This document shows, in pieces, positions 25,306 to 38,495 of a stretch of DNA of 64,000 nt. The notes under the pieces are model-generated. The model made no database searches and had not been told where the DNA came from. It saw nothing but the letters and a program-made list of their open reading frames with translations. The translations under genes and the position numbers were made by a program. Source of the stretch: Cetorhinus maximus (taxonomy: Eukaryota). Location of the stretch: NCBI RefSeq assembly GCF_964194155.1, contig NC_135888.1:17484001-17548000 (forward strand). Direction: 5' to 3'. Numbering within the stretch: position 1 is the stretch's first letter; each line of letters begins with the position of its first letter.

Positions 25306-25989
25306 GTGAGCATTATCCAGAGTGGAACGGACAGTAGGGTTCATGTGAAAAAAACATTGAGGACTGGAAATCTGAAATATAAACAGAACACTTTCAAAAT
25401 ACACAGCAAGTCAGTCGGCCACTGAAGGAGTAAGATAAATTAGCATTTCAGGTGCTACCCTTCATCATTCAAACAAGGTCCCAGCTGAAATCCTTTCTCT
25501 AACCTGCCTCCTGTAGTTGTTGGCCAACTTATTACAGGTATTGAGCACCTTCTGCTCATGGGGTCAATCTGGTGAAGAGATAATCAGAGTTAACCGTTAG
25601 CACATTCACTGTGCATCCTTTATAGAGATTAGCATGGCCCTATCTTGTTGTACATTGTGAGGTGGAAGATTTTAGTAGCAAGGCCACATTGTGATGGCAA
25701 GATCAAGGGCTGGTCATGAATATGGTTTGGAGAGTTTATAGATGGGGACATATATAGAAAGGAAGGAAGGACAATGGACTCAGTGGAGACTTGAGCCCAC
25801 AAGCTTATGATCCAGTGGCGTGAGGGTTACCACAGAGCTGTAGCTTCTGAGAACTGACTAAGCACTCCCACGGTGGATGAAAACCAAAGATCAAGAAGGT
25901 CACTGGCAAGTTCTTCAGTTCCAGCAGGGATGATAACTGTACAAAGCACCTAAGTTATAAATATATTGTCTAATATAATGTTTTTTTAA

Positions 25990-26937
25990 CGGGATGTGAG
26001 CGTCGCTGGCTAGGCCAGCATTTATTGCCCATCCCTAATTGCCCTTGAGAAGGTGGTGGTGAGCTGCCTTCTTGAACCATTGCAGTCCATGTGGTGTAGG
26101 TACACCCACAGTGCTGTCAGGGAGGGAGGCCCAGGATTTTGATCCAGTGACAGTGAAGGAACGACGATATATTTCCAAGTCAGGATGGTGAGTGGCTTGG
26201 GGGGGACCTTCCAGGTGGTGGTGTTCCCATCTGTCTGCTGCCCTTGACCTACTAGATGGTGGTGATCATGGGTTTGGAAGGTGCTGCCTAAGGAGCCTTG
26301 GTGAGTTGCTGCAGTGCATCTTGTAGATGGTACACACAGCTGCCACTGTGCGTCGGTGGTGAAGGGAGTGAATGTTTGTGGAAGGGGTGCCAATCAAGCA
26401 GACTGCTTTGTCCAGGATGGTGTCAAGCTTCTTGAGTTGGAGCTGCACTCATCCAGGCAAGTGGAGAGTATTCCATCACACTCCTGACTTGTGCCTTGTA
26501 GATGGTGGTCAGGCTTTGGGGAGTCAAGAGATGAGTTACTCGACACAGGATTCCTAGCCTCTGACCTGCTCTTGTAACCACAGTATTTATATGGCTAGTC
26601 CAGTTCAGTTTCTGGTCAATGGTAACACTCAGGATGTTGATAGTGAGGGATTCAGTGATGGTAATGCCATTGAATGTCAAGTGGCAATGGTTAGATTCTC
26701 TCTTGTTGGAGATGGTCATTGCCTAGCACTGGTGTGGCACAGATGTTACTTGCCCCTTGTCAGCCCAAGCCTGGTATTGTCCAGGTCTTGCTGCATTTGG
26801 ACATGGTCTACCTCAGTATCTGAGGAGTCCCGAATATTGCTGAACATTGTGCAATCATCAGCGAACATCCCCACTTCTGACCTTATGATGGAAGGAAGGC
26901 AATTGATGAAGCAGCTGAAGATGGCTTGGCCTAGGAC
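25990..26937 (-). mobile_element. CR1-group LINE 3' part (RT C-terminus and tail)
   Basis: FSCFINCLPSIIRSEVGMFADD (RT catalytic motif); IYKAQVRSVMEYSPLAW; frameshifted. Confidence 0.92.
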
Positions 26938-27082
26938 TTGCACTTATTCATGGGCTCTAAAAATTATATCAAGCTGCAATAAGGTCTTTGACCATTTAAG
27001 CTTTGTGGTCTGGACTGTGGGAATGAAAGCTTGGAATTAATTTGGAGTGCAATTTTAGTTTGTGATTTGCTTGGATATTCAG

Positions 27083-27172
27083 AGAGAAAGAGTGAAAAAG
27101 AAGGACAGCTTTACCATCTCGCCATTCCCCTCGGCTTCAACATTATCGGAGATCTTCGCACCAACCAGGCTT
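27083..27172 (+). CDS. ERICH3-like exon 3 (RERVKKKDSFTISPFPSASTLSEIFAPTRL)
   Basis: TTCAG acceptor (an in-frame alternative exists at 27059), CTT|GTGAGT donor, 90 nt, phase 0-0, unique sequence. No homology support. Confidence 0.6.
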
Positions 27173-28156
27173 GTGAGTAATGCAACCTTTGGCTTCTTTT
27201 TAGTGAGGGTGATGGAGTGATAATGGGAGTGTGGTTCTCAATCTTCTGACACCAGCAGTCACCCTTTCATTGTGGCTTAAGAAATTAGACCAAATAAAGG
27301 CGCTAGCTCATCGCTGCCAGAATAAAGTAGGTGGGGGTGGTCTGAGGGGGCACTGGAGGCAGGAGGAATTCTGAGAGAAGATCACTCCAGATGTTTCTCT
27401 TGCAATTCACCCCTAACGTGGCGTTTACAAAGTTATCCACTGTCGTGGTCTAGGGTTACCAACTCAGAATGGAAACATTCCAGGAGGTTTCATCACATGA
27501 CCTCTAACTGCCCCACCCCATATTCTTGCTATTGGTCACTTGATGCGTCTATCCTCATGCCACATTGCATTCTCACACCAACTGGAAAGCGCACAGGCTT
27601 TGTGTTGCTTGACTGGAAGATACTTGACATCAGTCAAATGACTCTTTTCCCTATCTCTAAAAGACTTGCAAACAAAAACAAAAGTGTTCAAAAGAATTTT
27701 TTTAAAAACTTGTTATCCCTTTGCTCACACGCATGTCCAAGAAATTAAAATAGAGGGAATGTTGGTGATGGTTAGCAGCTGTATTTATTACCTAGATGGC
27801 TTTGGTCTGTTGGTACTTGCATACAGCCATTTAGACTCAGTACTTTCACCAAGTCTCAGTCCCCCGTACCAGAGCTGTAAGATGGTAAATGTCAATAGAT
27901 TTATTTACATTTTAAGTTGGAAAGTCTAGCATTACATCATATAATTCCAGGAACCATAACTCATGATCCCTATTCTTAGCCATCCTGTCAACGGCCTGCT
28001 CTTGGTGGGAATATAAGACCGGTTCGTCTCCGAGCTCTCACCTCAAATACAGACGGAGGAGGTGGATTTTTCTTATTAGAGGACTTAGATGTTTCTGACC
28101 TCTATCAGGTAACTTATCCAACATATTCTTTATATCATTAAAATATTCATTACCCA

Positions 28157-28472
28157 GGAGGAGGTCTTGTGGCACAGTGCTAGCTTCCCTACTTCTGGTA
28201 TAGAAACTTTGGTTCAAGTCCCACTTCAGGACTTGATGGCCATGGTAGGTGTGTTCATAACATGACCAAACAGGTTGATGATCTGCCTGTAAATCCTTCC
28301 AATGTGCCTGATGGCAGGCAGTAATAGCAGGAGAGTTACCTGGTCAGCCATACTGCAGAAGGCAATAGCAAACCACTGCAGTGCTTTGCCAAGCATAATC
28401 ATGGACAAATCCAATGGAAGTCCATGGTCGCCAGTGTCCTTTTCGGGTATGGTACCTGAAGGAGGAGGAAGG
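28157..28472 (+). mobile_element. Intact tRNA-headed SINE with RTE-like tail and 11-bp TSD
   Basis: A-box GTGGCACAGTG, B-box GGTTCAAGTCCC, AAACCACTGCAGTGCTTTGCC motif, (GGA)n end; TSD TTCATTACCCA at 28146-28156 and 28473-28483. Confidence 0.8.
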
Positions 28473-29272
28473 TTCATTACCCATAGGTGCCATTTAGCAG
28501 TAACTGAAACTTCCTTACCCAGAAACCTGCCAGGTTATGCCCATTACAGAGTGGGTGGAGGTTGCAGTGTGACAAAGACATTAACTAACAGAATTTTCCA
28601 ATTCTGATTTGTCTCAGGACTTGTTCTTTCAGGTTCAAAGAGAAAATGGAATATTAACAATTTGCGTTTATATAATTTATCAGATATCTCAAAGTAGAGA
28701 GATAAGGGAATGGGTCCTACATTGAACTAGTATAGTGTGGCAACAGGCTATTAGCCCCATTGGTCTATGCCAGTGTTTATGCTCCACACAAGCCTCCTCC
28801 CACCTCTCCTCATCTAAACCTACCAGTGTATCCTTCTAGTCCTTTTCCCTCATGTGTTTATCTACTTTCTGCTGAGGTGGAAGCAATGACTGAAAGTCAA
28901 ATTAAAAAGCTGGGCTTGGAGGATGTTTTTGATGGGGTTTGAAGAGTTGAGGGTGTAGAGATTTAATGGGTGGGGGAGGTCCTGAAAGCAGGGTTGAGGC
29001 ACTTGAAAGCTATGGCTCCACTAAGGATAAGGGGAGGGGGGAGTCAGAAGACAATGGTTGTTTATTCTGAGATACTTCTCCTACAATTTCCATCTTTTTC
29101 TCATGTCTGCTTGTGCTCTCCTCATGCTCAGCACCCCCCATCCATCTGCTCGTCCTTCACCACCCGCCCCCTCCATTTATATTTATACCCTCATATTGCA
29201 CATAATTAATGGATCTCATGTCTATATAACTGTGCCAATCTCGCTCACGGTGCTGTGCTGTTGTTATTGCAG

Positions 29273-29548
29273 CTGGAGAACGAGACCCTTCACAAGTCGA
29301 GCACAGGCAATGGGCAGGAAAGTGAAAGGCACCTCCCTGCCATTCCCAACACGGGGATGCCTGTCCGACCAGCGTTGAACCTCAGCCTCCCACAATCTTC
29401 TGTACATCTTGCCAGAACGATCCACAACTGCACTTCATCTCGTCGGTTACACAGGCCACTAGGATTTTCAAGCAAGGCACCTGATTTAGCGATGGAGAGG
29501 ACGGGGAAGTTGTCTTCGATGGAACGAAACCGCTTCCGAAACAGAAAG
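29273..29548 (+). CDS. ERICH3-like exon 4 (LENETLHK...RNRFRNRK)
   Basis: TTGCAG acceptor, AAG|GTAGCA donor, 276 nt open, phase 0-0. Confidence 0.75.
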
Positions 29549-30900
29549 GTAGCAGCAGAAGAATTGTGTTTAATTCTTTGTGAAAGTAACCACACTTGGA
29601 ACAGAAACTGTGGTGTGTGGGTGGTGGGAGGATTCACTGTACAATAATACAAGTTGTATTATTAAAGCACCTTTAAAGTATAAAACGACCCGAGGAGCTT
29701 CACAGGGGTGATTATCAGACAAAATTTGACACCGGGCCACTTAATGAGATATTAGGACAGGTGGTTGAAGAGGCAGGTTTAAAGGAGGAGAATGGGGTGG
29801 AGGGGCAGAGAGGTTCAGGAGGGAATTCCAGTGCTTAGGGCTTAAGCAGTTGACCAGCAATGATGGAGTGGCTAAATTTGGGGATAAAGGACGACTTATT
29901 TCTGTGTCAAATTCATGTTCACTGCGTTTGTCTCTCCATAAAACTTCCATCAATGTGATTGATGAGCAGATAATTTTATCAAATACCAACATCTACAGAA
30001 AAATCTGCCAGGAAATTCTTCATGAAAGTATCTGTGATGTTGTTAATCGACAAATAGGTGACTCTTCCCCATTCTCTGTGCACAGTTAAGCCATAATTTA
30101 TATTCAATGTTCTTATGTGACTTTTGGAAAATATAGTGCTTAGGCTTTACTGTTTCTTTACTATTTATTTAACCAATTGAACACTTAAAAATGTTGCACT
30201 GAAGTACTAATCCTATGTTTATAACACTCAGCACAGTGAGAGATAGATGGCAATTATTAGGGCTTAAGACTGGCGACTACAGTTAATGAAATCCTTTAGC
30301 CAGTGCTGTCCCTTCCTTTGCCAATCTTTCCCTTTCCTTCCCTGAAGGTGTTGTGGTACAGTTCCATGGTTACTATCAACCCTCCTGTGCTTCTCCTGAG
30401 TGAAGCTGTTGCTCATGTATGAGCCCGGAGTAGGCAATTTGACCATGAGGGATAAAGTGCAACATTGTCCTTGCCCAAGTTTACATTCCAGCAGGGGACT
30501 GGGTGGAATATACTTAGACTTTAGCAAAGCCTGGATAAAACACCACACAGGAAATTACTTTACTAGTTGGGTTGAGTGGCCTATTTCTGTGCTTTAACTT
30601 CTAAATATTTCTATGACCATTCACTTGATATGATCAAGAGGATGGACATTGTCTGAATTGTCCCTTCCCTAGTCCAGGGCAATGAGGACTGGACTAGGGG
30701 ACTGGAATGGACTGAGGACTGGTGGTGAGATCTTTCCCACCACCTCTGCTCCAGCTAAGTCAGACCAGGGATTAGTCCTATGGTTTGAATGGCCTAGCTT
30801 CGCATCAGACAGTGCAGAGACTCACCGAGGCACTGGAGCAAGAGTACTGTCATTCTGTTTAAATGTCAAAACTGAATAACTCTAAATATGATTTCTTTAG

Positions 30901-31096
30901 ATTCAGGTATCCAACCCTCCACAGAGGATTCTACGTGCAGCCAACCATTCCAATGTCTATATCACAATGCTGTACCTTGGGAGGGGGTTAAAGATTCCCG
31001 CTCAGAATACCGAACCTCGGGATGAACTAAAGGTTTTTCAGCAAATCTGTGGAGCGGAGAATATATGTGTATACAAAGGACATCTTACTCAGAGAG
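30901..31096 (+). CDS. ERICH3-like exon 5, DUF4590 N-half (SNVYITMLYLGRG...RDELKVFQQICGAENICVYKGHL)
   Basis: TTCTTTAG acceptor, GAG|GTAGG donor, 196 nt, phase 0->1. Matches recalled ERICH3 ITMIYLGK...RDEIKVYQQHCGGENLCVYKGKL. Confidence 0.92.
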
Positions 31097-31419
31097 GTAG
31101 GGCTACGTCTGGCATGCTGTGTCTTCAAGATCACCGGCTGTAGACAGAGCCTTGCCTAGTCTTGGTGCTGAAGTCCATTCACTAGCAATTCTGCCTAAGT
31201 GGTTTTGCACGAACCTTGATAGGAAGGGTGGCATACACGTAGAAGAGCTATTGGGAAGGGTATGGGAGGGAAGGTAGTCACCAGGACGGTCAATACAGCT
31301 AAGTTCAATTGTGCCCTCACCAACCATCTACAGATGTGCACTTTACAGCACATGCCATTGAATTCCTCTTGCTCAGTCGTGCTTTGGGCAGGCCTCTCCT
31401 CTCTTCACAATAAGAGATC

Positions 31420-31770
31420 TGGCTGAGTTGGGCGGTCTCAGCCCAGTTCCTAATGGAGGCAGTGGCCCAGGATATGAAACTGTCCCTGATTCAGCATTGA
31501 TTCATAAATTTAGCAAGGTGAGAAGGAGAGAATGGTGTGAGAAATGGGGAAGGCACAGGGATACAAGAGGAGATATTGAACCTACTCCCCATGCACAATA
31601 CTGGTGTTGTGGATCACTCATTGTTAGGGATACCGCTGTATTTTTACAAGTTTTATATCCGGTGATAAGTCAATGCTCCACCCTAATAGAGGCTGTTTTA
31701 CTGAGGTTGGGGTGTGCATTGGTGGGGCAAAGTAGAGAGAGCTTTATTCTGCAGCCGGCTCTGCAATACA
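31420..31770 (+). mobile_element. LF-SINE-like relic
   Basis: GAGTTGGGCGGTCTCAGCCCAGTTCCTAATGGA and GCATTGGTGGGGCAAAGTAGAGAGAGCTT resemble two recalled LF-SINE blocks in the correct order. Confidence 0.4.
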
Positions 31771-32544
31771 TGGAAATGCTTGATACCGACACTAAGTGGC
31801 TTGAGTACAGAAGGATTACAGCACTAACAGCTCTCACCTTGATGACTTCTAAAATACCTTCAATTTTCTTTCCTTAACAGAAGGACTCACTAGTCAAAGT
31901 GAGACTGCCCAACTGATGTTGAATTGCCAGCAGTTTTATGTAGTAAAGTCTTGCATATTTAGGACTGGATTGGTATTATATAAACTGATCTAACTCGGGA
32001 ACCTTAGACTAGAGATCCTCCTTGGTATACTGTGCATGCACACTGATAGCTGGTGCTGGTTTTGAGGTAAACCCTTGGAAGTTTAGTAATGGCCCTTGAA
32101 CAAGGTGACTATTACCAATAAAGCCTTAACAAAATAAAAAGGGAATGGCATTTCACTGGGAGTGACAAGAGGGGACAGGGTGAAGTAATCAGCTAACACA
32201 CGACCCATTCACCCCTGAGACTGAGTTCTAACCCAGCCTGACATGAGTGAAAGTTCCCTCTGTGTGCTGATGACAAGGGACCCACAAAGAGCAATTTGGG
32301 CAGTTTGGCCCCACTTCCCAATGAGCACAGACCCTGAGTATATACCTTCCGGCAATGTTGCACGACTCGGTAACATCATATGCAATATGAAAGAGGCCAT
32401 AGGATGGCTGGTGTGAACGTAGAGAAACAGCCCATTGGTGCGATAAGAGGTTGGAAATGAGGCTTGACCATTGAGGCTTTACTCTAACCATGCTATATCT
32501 GACCGAGAAACACTTGACATACATATTGGTTGATCAAAGTTGTA

Positions 32545-33010
32545 AAGGGATGAGGGGGTTATTTTATGAAGAAAGGTTGGACTGGTTGGGCCTGTATCCA
32601 TTGGACTTTAGAAGAATGAGAGGTGATCTTATTGAAACATATAAGATCCTGAGGGGACTTGGCAGGGTGGATGCTGAGAGGATGTTTCACCTTGTGGGAG
32701 AGACTAGAACTAGGGAACACAGTTGAAAAATAAGGCGTCTCCCATTTAAGGTGGAGATGAGGAGAAATGGTTTCTCTCAGAGGGTCGGGAGTCTGTGGAA
32801 CTCTCTTCCTCAGAGAGTGGTAGAGGCAGAGTCATTGAATATTTTTAAGGCTGAGGTGGATAGATTCTTGACTAACAAGGGAGTCAAAGGGTATTGGGGA
32901 TAGGCAGAATGTGGAGTTGAGGCCATAATCAGATTAGCCATGATCTTATTGAATGGCAGAGTAGGCTCAAGGGGCTGAATGGCCAACTCCTGCTCCTAAT
33001 TCATATGTTT
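32545..33010 (+). mobile_element. CR1 (HER1-like) LINE 3' end
   Basis: YEERLDWLGLYPLDFRRMRGDLIETYKILRGL; followed by the FFSQRV..LWNSLP-type segment and tail. Confidence 0.92.
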
Positions 33011-33133
33011 ATGTCTTCATATGTGTTTCATTCCATTAACACCCCTGGCCTGGTCAAACTCAAATTTGAATAAACAAAGTCAAATGGAATTAGCAGCCGG
33101 GGATTGACTCAACTCTGTTCTACTGTGTCCCAG

Positions 33134-33317
33134 AACAATTCCAGTTTGTCTCAAGGCGGCATTTTGGGTTTCCATTCAGTGCTACAATCTACGTCAATGG
33201 GATGGTAGCTGCACGCATCAGCTGGTGCTGTGAACACAGGTACCACGCCGGGTTCCAACAGGGCAAGCGAAGCTGCTTCCGTGTAATCCGAGTTAAAGGA
33301 GGAATACCCTGTTACAG
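33134..33317 (+). CDS. ERICH3-like exon 6, DUF4590 C-half (EQFQFVSRRHFGFPFSATIYVNGMVAARISWCCEHRYHAGFQQGKRSCFRVIRVKGGIPCYR)
   Basis: CCCAG acceptor, CAG|GTAGG donor, 184 nt, phase 1->2. Matches recalled ERICH3 ETFQFISRRHHGFPFSLTFFLNG...SSCCEYKH...PCYKC. Confidence 0.93.
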
Positions 33318-34155
33318 GTAGGATCATCGAAACATCCAGCAGAGAATGAGGCCCTTCAGCCCATTCCTTTGAAAGATTTTAGTCCAATTAGTCCTAGCCT
33401 CCTTTTTCCCCATAGCCGTGCAAATTTTTCCTTGTCGAATATTTATTGCATTACATTACATAAGATATACAGCACAAGAGCAGGCCCTTTAGCCCGACCA
33501 GATCATGTTGGCATTTATGGCCCACTCAAGCCTCCTCCTGTTTTTCCTCATCTAACTCTCGTGGCATAATCTTTTCTTCCCTCCTCACTCAATTGTTTAT
33601 CTTGCCTCCCCTTAAATGGATCTAAACTATTGACTTCAGCTACACCCTGTGGTATTATATTTAATCTAACTTCCTTTTGAAAACTATGATTGAATCTGCT
33701 TCCAATGCCCTTTCAGGCAGCGCATTCCAAATAGGCAAGACTCTATTGGGATATGTTATGGTGAGGACTGTAGTACTGCTGGAATCCTGATGATTATTAT
33801 TGTGGCTTCAAACACAAACTGAATCCTCTCTCGCTCTTTTTGTCAAGGAATATTCTCCCTTCCCCTTAGCTTCTCCCCCACTCCATGCTTTTTGTGCAGT
33901 GTTTTGTTTCTATACCTTCTCCCACCCATATCTCTAGTTTCTACAATTGATCACTCGAAGGAAGCGTCACCTCTGACATTTTTGTATTTTCTCTCGGGAT
34001 CCTCTGTTGCACTGAGAACGTGGTGCATCTGATCGAAGTCATAGCTACTGGTCACTTCAGAAGGCATTAGAGATAGCCAAGGAGGGTTGGTAAAGACTGA
34101 GTTGTTTAAATCCCAGAAGGAAACTTGAACAACTGTCATAACCTATATTTTCAAT

Positions 34156-34869
34156 TGGTATGCTTGAGATGCAGCTCTGAATTCAGTAATAAGACCACCA
34201 AGCCTCAAGAGGTTTTTATATATAAAACTAAATTAAACATTTATTAATCTAACAACAAATTTAAACACATACACATGTCTACAAATTACTACCATAATCA
34301 CTTTTAAACAAAGCCCCAAATTAATTGCACCCAGGTAAATTTCAGCAAGGCAACAATAGCCCATAGACTTTAAACAGACACCAGGCAAAGCACATTTGAC
34401 CTTACGAATTCAAAATGAGGTTCCTTTGCAGACACAGTCCTAGGCTTACAGGCTGGTTAGATCTTACATGCCTTTGACTCACACACACAAACTCCTTTCT
34501 GTTTATACCTAGCTTTCCTTTTGAATGTAAATTTTCCATTGTATTACTAGGTTTTAAAAAAATTCTCCTAACAATAATCCTTATGTTCCACCTATTTTAT
34601 TAGTGAAACACATTGCTCGGTGTCTTCCAGCTAGGTGCAAGATTTTACCCATTCTTTTGAATGGTTTATTCAACAAATTGAATTTACCTTTTAGCTTACG
34701 TTTATCTAATTAACATCTCAAACTACTATACATCAAAGCACCCAAGCTAGCTGGCTTTAATCCAATTAAGACACACACACAGATACACACATAGACACAG
34801 ACCCTACTACAAGTCCAATTTAAAAATAATTTCCAATAACATTATGGACATTAATCTCTCTTCATCACA
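34156..34869 (-). mobile_element. Possible solo LTR
   Basis: TGGTATG...CATCACA ends and minus-strand AATAAA motifs, but no TSD seen. Confidence 0.3.
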
Positions 34870-35744
34870 CCCTTCCCTTCCTTGCAGGAAAATAATGAAC
34901 CAGTTGAGCATTTATGATAATGGTAGTCATTTTTTTTGGTCTCAGCCTGTCACTGACCAGATTTCTTGAATTCAATTAAATAACTTCTCACAGTGGGATT
35001 TGAACCCTCAACCTCAGGGTTGCTAGCCCAGTACCATAATCATTAGTCTTCAACATGTGTCCTCTGGTAGTAGAAAAGAATAATGTAGTCATGTTGCTAT
35101 AACCAATAAGCTAACTATATCACAGGTAAGTGTAAATTAATTGAGCTGACTAGGGAACAATGTTCAAAGGGGCTTGTTCATCCTTCGAGGCAAAGTTGAC
35201 CATGTTCATTATCTTGGGTGTCTGTAGGGTTCCGGTGGGTATGTAGGTGACTGTTGAAGCCAATCTGTGCACAGAAGGTTCAGCTGCAAATAGTACAGGT
35301 TACCGCAGACAAGTGAGTTTTGGACGAGCCGGCTCGGGATTTCCTCTCCTTGCATTTTTTCTCTGCCTCTGATATGCACTTGGGAGATTGTGCCCTTTTT
35401 TCTAAGGGGAGTGTGGCTTAGCTGTAAGGCTACAACATTAATGTTGATTCTCTGACCTACATTTCCTGCAAGAGAGGCTCCCTGCTGGCAGTGAGGGATT
35501 GATATATAAAAGCACAAACCTGTCTTCATTTGGTTAATGAAAAATTTTCAAATGCACCCTTTTCACTCTAAATACACCTGGAGTCAGAATTCTTCTGAAC
35601 AATACGTGTAGTGACATTGTTACTGTTTTTTAGACCCTGTTTACAGTTTTACTAGACAATGAGCCAAGACCTTCACAAATGTATTTCCAATACCTTCACA
35701 TCACATAGTGACCAAAGAAAATGTTAGCTCTGTGTGTTGAACAG

Positions 35745-35854
35745 GTGTTTGATGGCTCAACAGTACCAAGACTATACAAGTAACCAAACGACAGAAGAAA
35801 TGGGCCCTGGAAGAAAAAGAGATTTAGACTTTGATGATGATAGTTCAGAAAATG
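35745..35854 (+). CDS. ERICH3-like exon 7 (CLMAQQYQ...DFDDDSSEN)
   Basis: AACAG acceptor, ATG|GTAAGG donor, 110 nt, phase 2->1; completes the PCYRC motif. Confidence 0.85.
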
Positions 35855-36284
35855 GTAAGGAGCTCATTATTTCTCAACCATATACTAAATGTGACAAATA
35901 CAGGGAGGAGGAGTAAATTTTACAGAAGGGTGGAGAATAATAAAACACAAGTGGTTTCTTCTTTTCTGTTTTTGGATTGAGAGGCCAAGGTGAACAGCCA
36001 AATCTCATCGAGCAGGACATCACCGCAGAGTGAAGATAGTAGGAAAGTGGGTGAGGTGTATCAGGACGTAATGGAGAGCTGACAAACTTGGGTTTATAAA
36101 AGCCCACAAGAGGAAGGGAAGGTTGAGGGAGTTAAGGAATGCCCCAGTTTGAAGACTTTGGGCAGGAACGAATTATAGAGCATTGAAGTGGTTTTGATTT
36201 TGATGCAGTGGGAGACTTTAAGCTGCTGCAGGCACAGCTATGCATTACTTTTTGAATTGGCTCTTTATCCACGGGTTTATGTGT

Positions 36285-36700
36285 CAGCTGTGGCTTAGTA
36301 GGTTTCTCTGTCCCCCGACTCAAGCGGTTGTGGGTTCAAATCCCACTGCAGAGACTTGAGCACATCATCCAAGCTGCCACTTCAGTGCCGGATTGAAGGT
36401 GTGCCCCACTGTCAGGGTTGCTGCCTTTTCGATAAACCAAGGCCTTGTCTACCCTCTCAGCTGCGTGTAAAAGACCCCATCACACAATTTTGAAGAAGAG
36501 TCAGTGGAGATCTCCCCAGTGTCCATCCAATATTTATCCCTCCACCAACATCAGAAAAGGACACATTATCCATGAGCAAGTTGCCTGCCCAACTTCCCTC
36601 CTTTACTACAGGTCACCACGCTTCGAAAGAACTTCATCGGTTTTAAAGAGCTTTGGGATTCCTAGGGTTGTGAAAGGTGCTTTACAAACGCAAGTCTTTC
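36285..36700 (+). mobile_element. Deu-domain SINE
   Basis: tRNA head (GTGGCTTAGTAGG / GGTTCAAATCCC) through the GTGAAAGGTGCTTTACAAACGCAAGTC tail. Confidence 0.75.
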
Positions 36701-37859
36701 TTCTTGTGAGGAGCTGCGACACAGGGAGGTGATACACCTTCTTGCGGCTAGTAGTCCGCATCGTACTGTGTTCCTTGTTGAACAATGTGCCTGAGGAGAG
36801 GAGAGTCAGCCCTGTCGCCAAAAGGAAAACCAGTAAAACTTGGAAATGAGTGATACTGGTCCAAACTGGAGATCCATTTTAAGGTATACAAGACCAGTTT
36901 GGACCAGTGCCAGTCATTTCTCATGTTTTACTGGTTTTTCCTTCAATTTCAGCTGGGCAACACTTCCAACTGCATGCCCCCGCCCCCACGTCCACGTCAA
37001 CCTGGCCCTGTTTCCTGGGTGGGGGCTTAGTACAGATGAGTGAAGAAGAAAGGTTAGTTTAACATTTAAAATGTGGCAAGTTCCAACAAGAGGAGTAAGG
37101 AGTAAAATTGAGTGAACTTACAACAACAGCTAATGTTTATATAGTGACTTTCGTGTAATAAGCCAACACAAGGTGCTTCACAGGAGCATTATAAAACAAA
37201 GTATGACACCGACCTACATAAGGAGATATTAGGTCAGATGATCAAAAGCTTGGAGGGGTGTAGGGAGTGAATTCTAAAGCTTGGGGGTTAAGTAGCTGAG
37301 ATCACAACCACCACAGTGGATCAATTAAAATGGGGGATGCACAAGAGGCCAGAGTAAAAGGAGTGCAGATATCGTGGAGGGAATTGAGGAGATCAGAGAT
37401 AGGTAAGAGCAAGACCATGGCGGGATTTGTAAACAAGGATTCGAATTTTAAAATCAATATGTTGCTTGACCGGAAACCATCGCACATCAGTGAGCACAGG
37501 GGCCAAAGAGGAACAAGGACTTGCTGCGAGTTATGGCATGGGCAGCAGAGCTTTAGAATACCTTAAATTTATGGAGGCGAGAATGTTTGAGACTAGCTAG
37601 GAGTGCGTTGGAATAGGTGAGTCTGGAGGTAGCACAAAAATAAAAATAGAAATAAAAAAAAAATAAGATGAATTAGAAAGGACAAACAAGAGGAAACGGA
37701 AGAATAAGAAAACTAGAGGTAAAGAATCATTTACATTTTTACTTTCTTACAAATGTTTATTTTAGTCATTGAGAGCTAACATTTAATTAAAAAACTTGTC
37801 TGGAACTTTTCCATAAGGTAGGTAGTCCCACCGCTGAGACTGATAGCAGGACCCTAGCC

Positions 37860-38495
37860 CACACGGGCATTGGGACCCCGGGCAGCATTTTACCAGCCCT
37901 GTCCAATTAAAGGTGGCAGCCACCAACCAGAGCTGCCAGCCCAATCAGAAGGCTGGCAACTTGGCAGCCTCGGCAGCGTCACCAATAGAAATGGCCACTG
38001 CTGAGGCTGCTGGGAGCAGAAGAGGGCACCTCCATGTTGGGGCCCCCTGGAAGGCCAGGTAAGTTTTTTTTTTCTTATTTACCATGCTGGGACCAGGCAA
38101 TATATCCTGCTGATAGGAGAAGGGTGTAATCTCCTGCAGCAGCGCTACAGCTGCCTGGGTTAGCCATTGCCAGTCCGTGGGTCATGGATCGGCCATAAAG
38201 GAGGGCCTCCCCCACCAGGAGTCCGCTGGGAAACTGCTGAGGTCTAGCCGGTGGTCTCCCCACATGGCAGCAGTTCCTCCTAACGCCAATAAAATGCTGC
38301 CGGGGCGGCGGAGGAGGGGGAGCAACTTAATTGGTTTAATTCTGGTTGGTGGGAAGAGGTTCCTGCCTCTGAAAATATCGCGGTGTGGTGGGGAGAATAA
38401 GGAGCTCCTGTCAACCCCTCAACACCTACAGCTGCCATTTCACGAGGCCTCCCCACTCCCAGCCCATCTCCAGAGGGTTGGTAAAATCCAGCCCC
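37860..38495. mobile_element. Harbinger-type MITE, second family
   Basis: Right end GGTAAAATCCAGCCC; homologous to 50308-51160. Confidence 0.6.

Noticed and set aside
25625-25640. U6 snRNA-like AGATTAGCATGGCCC
   Set aside because: Only ~15 nt match; flanks do not extend to U6.
28633-28700. Extra ERICH3-like exon after TTCTTTCAG
   Set aside because: No convincing donor; sequence runs into repeat-tail-like DNA.
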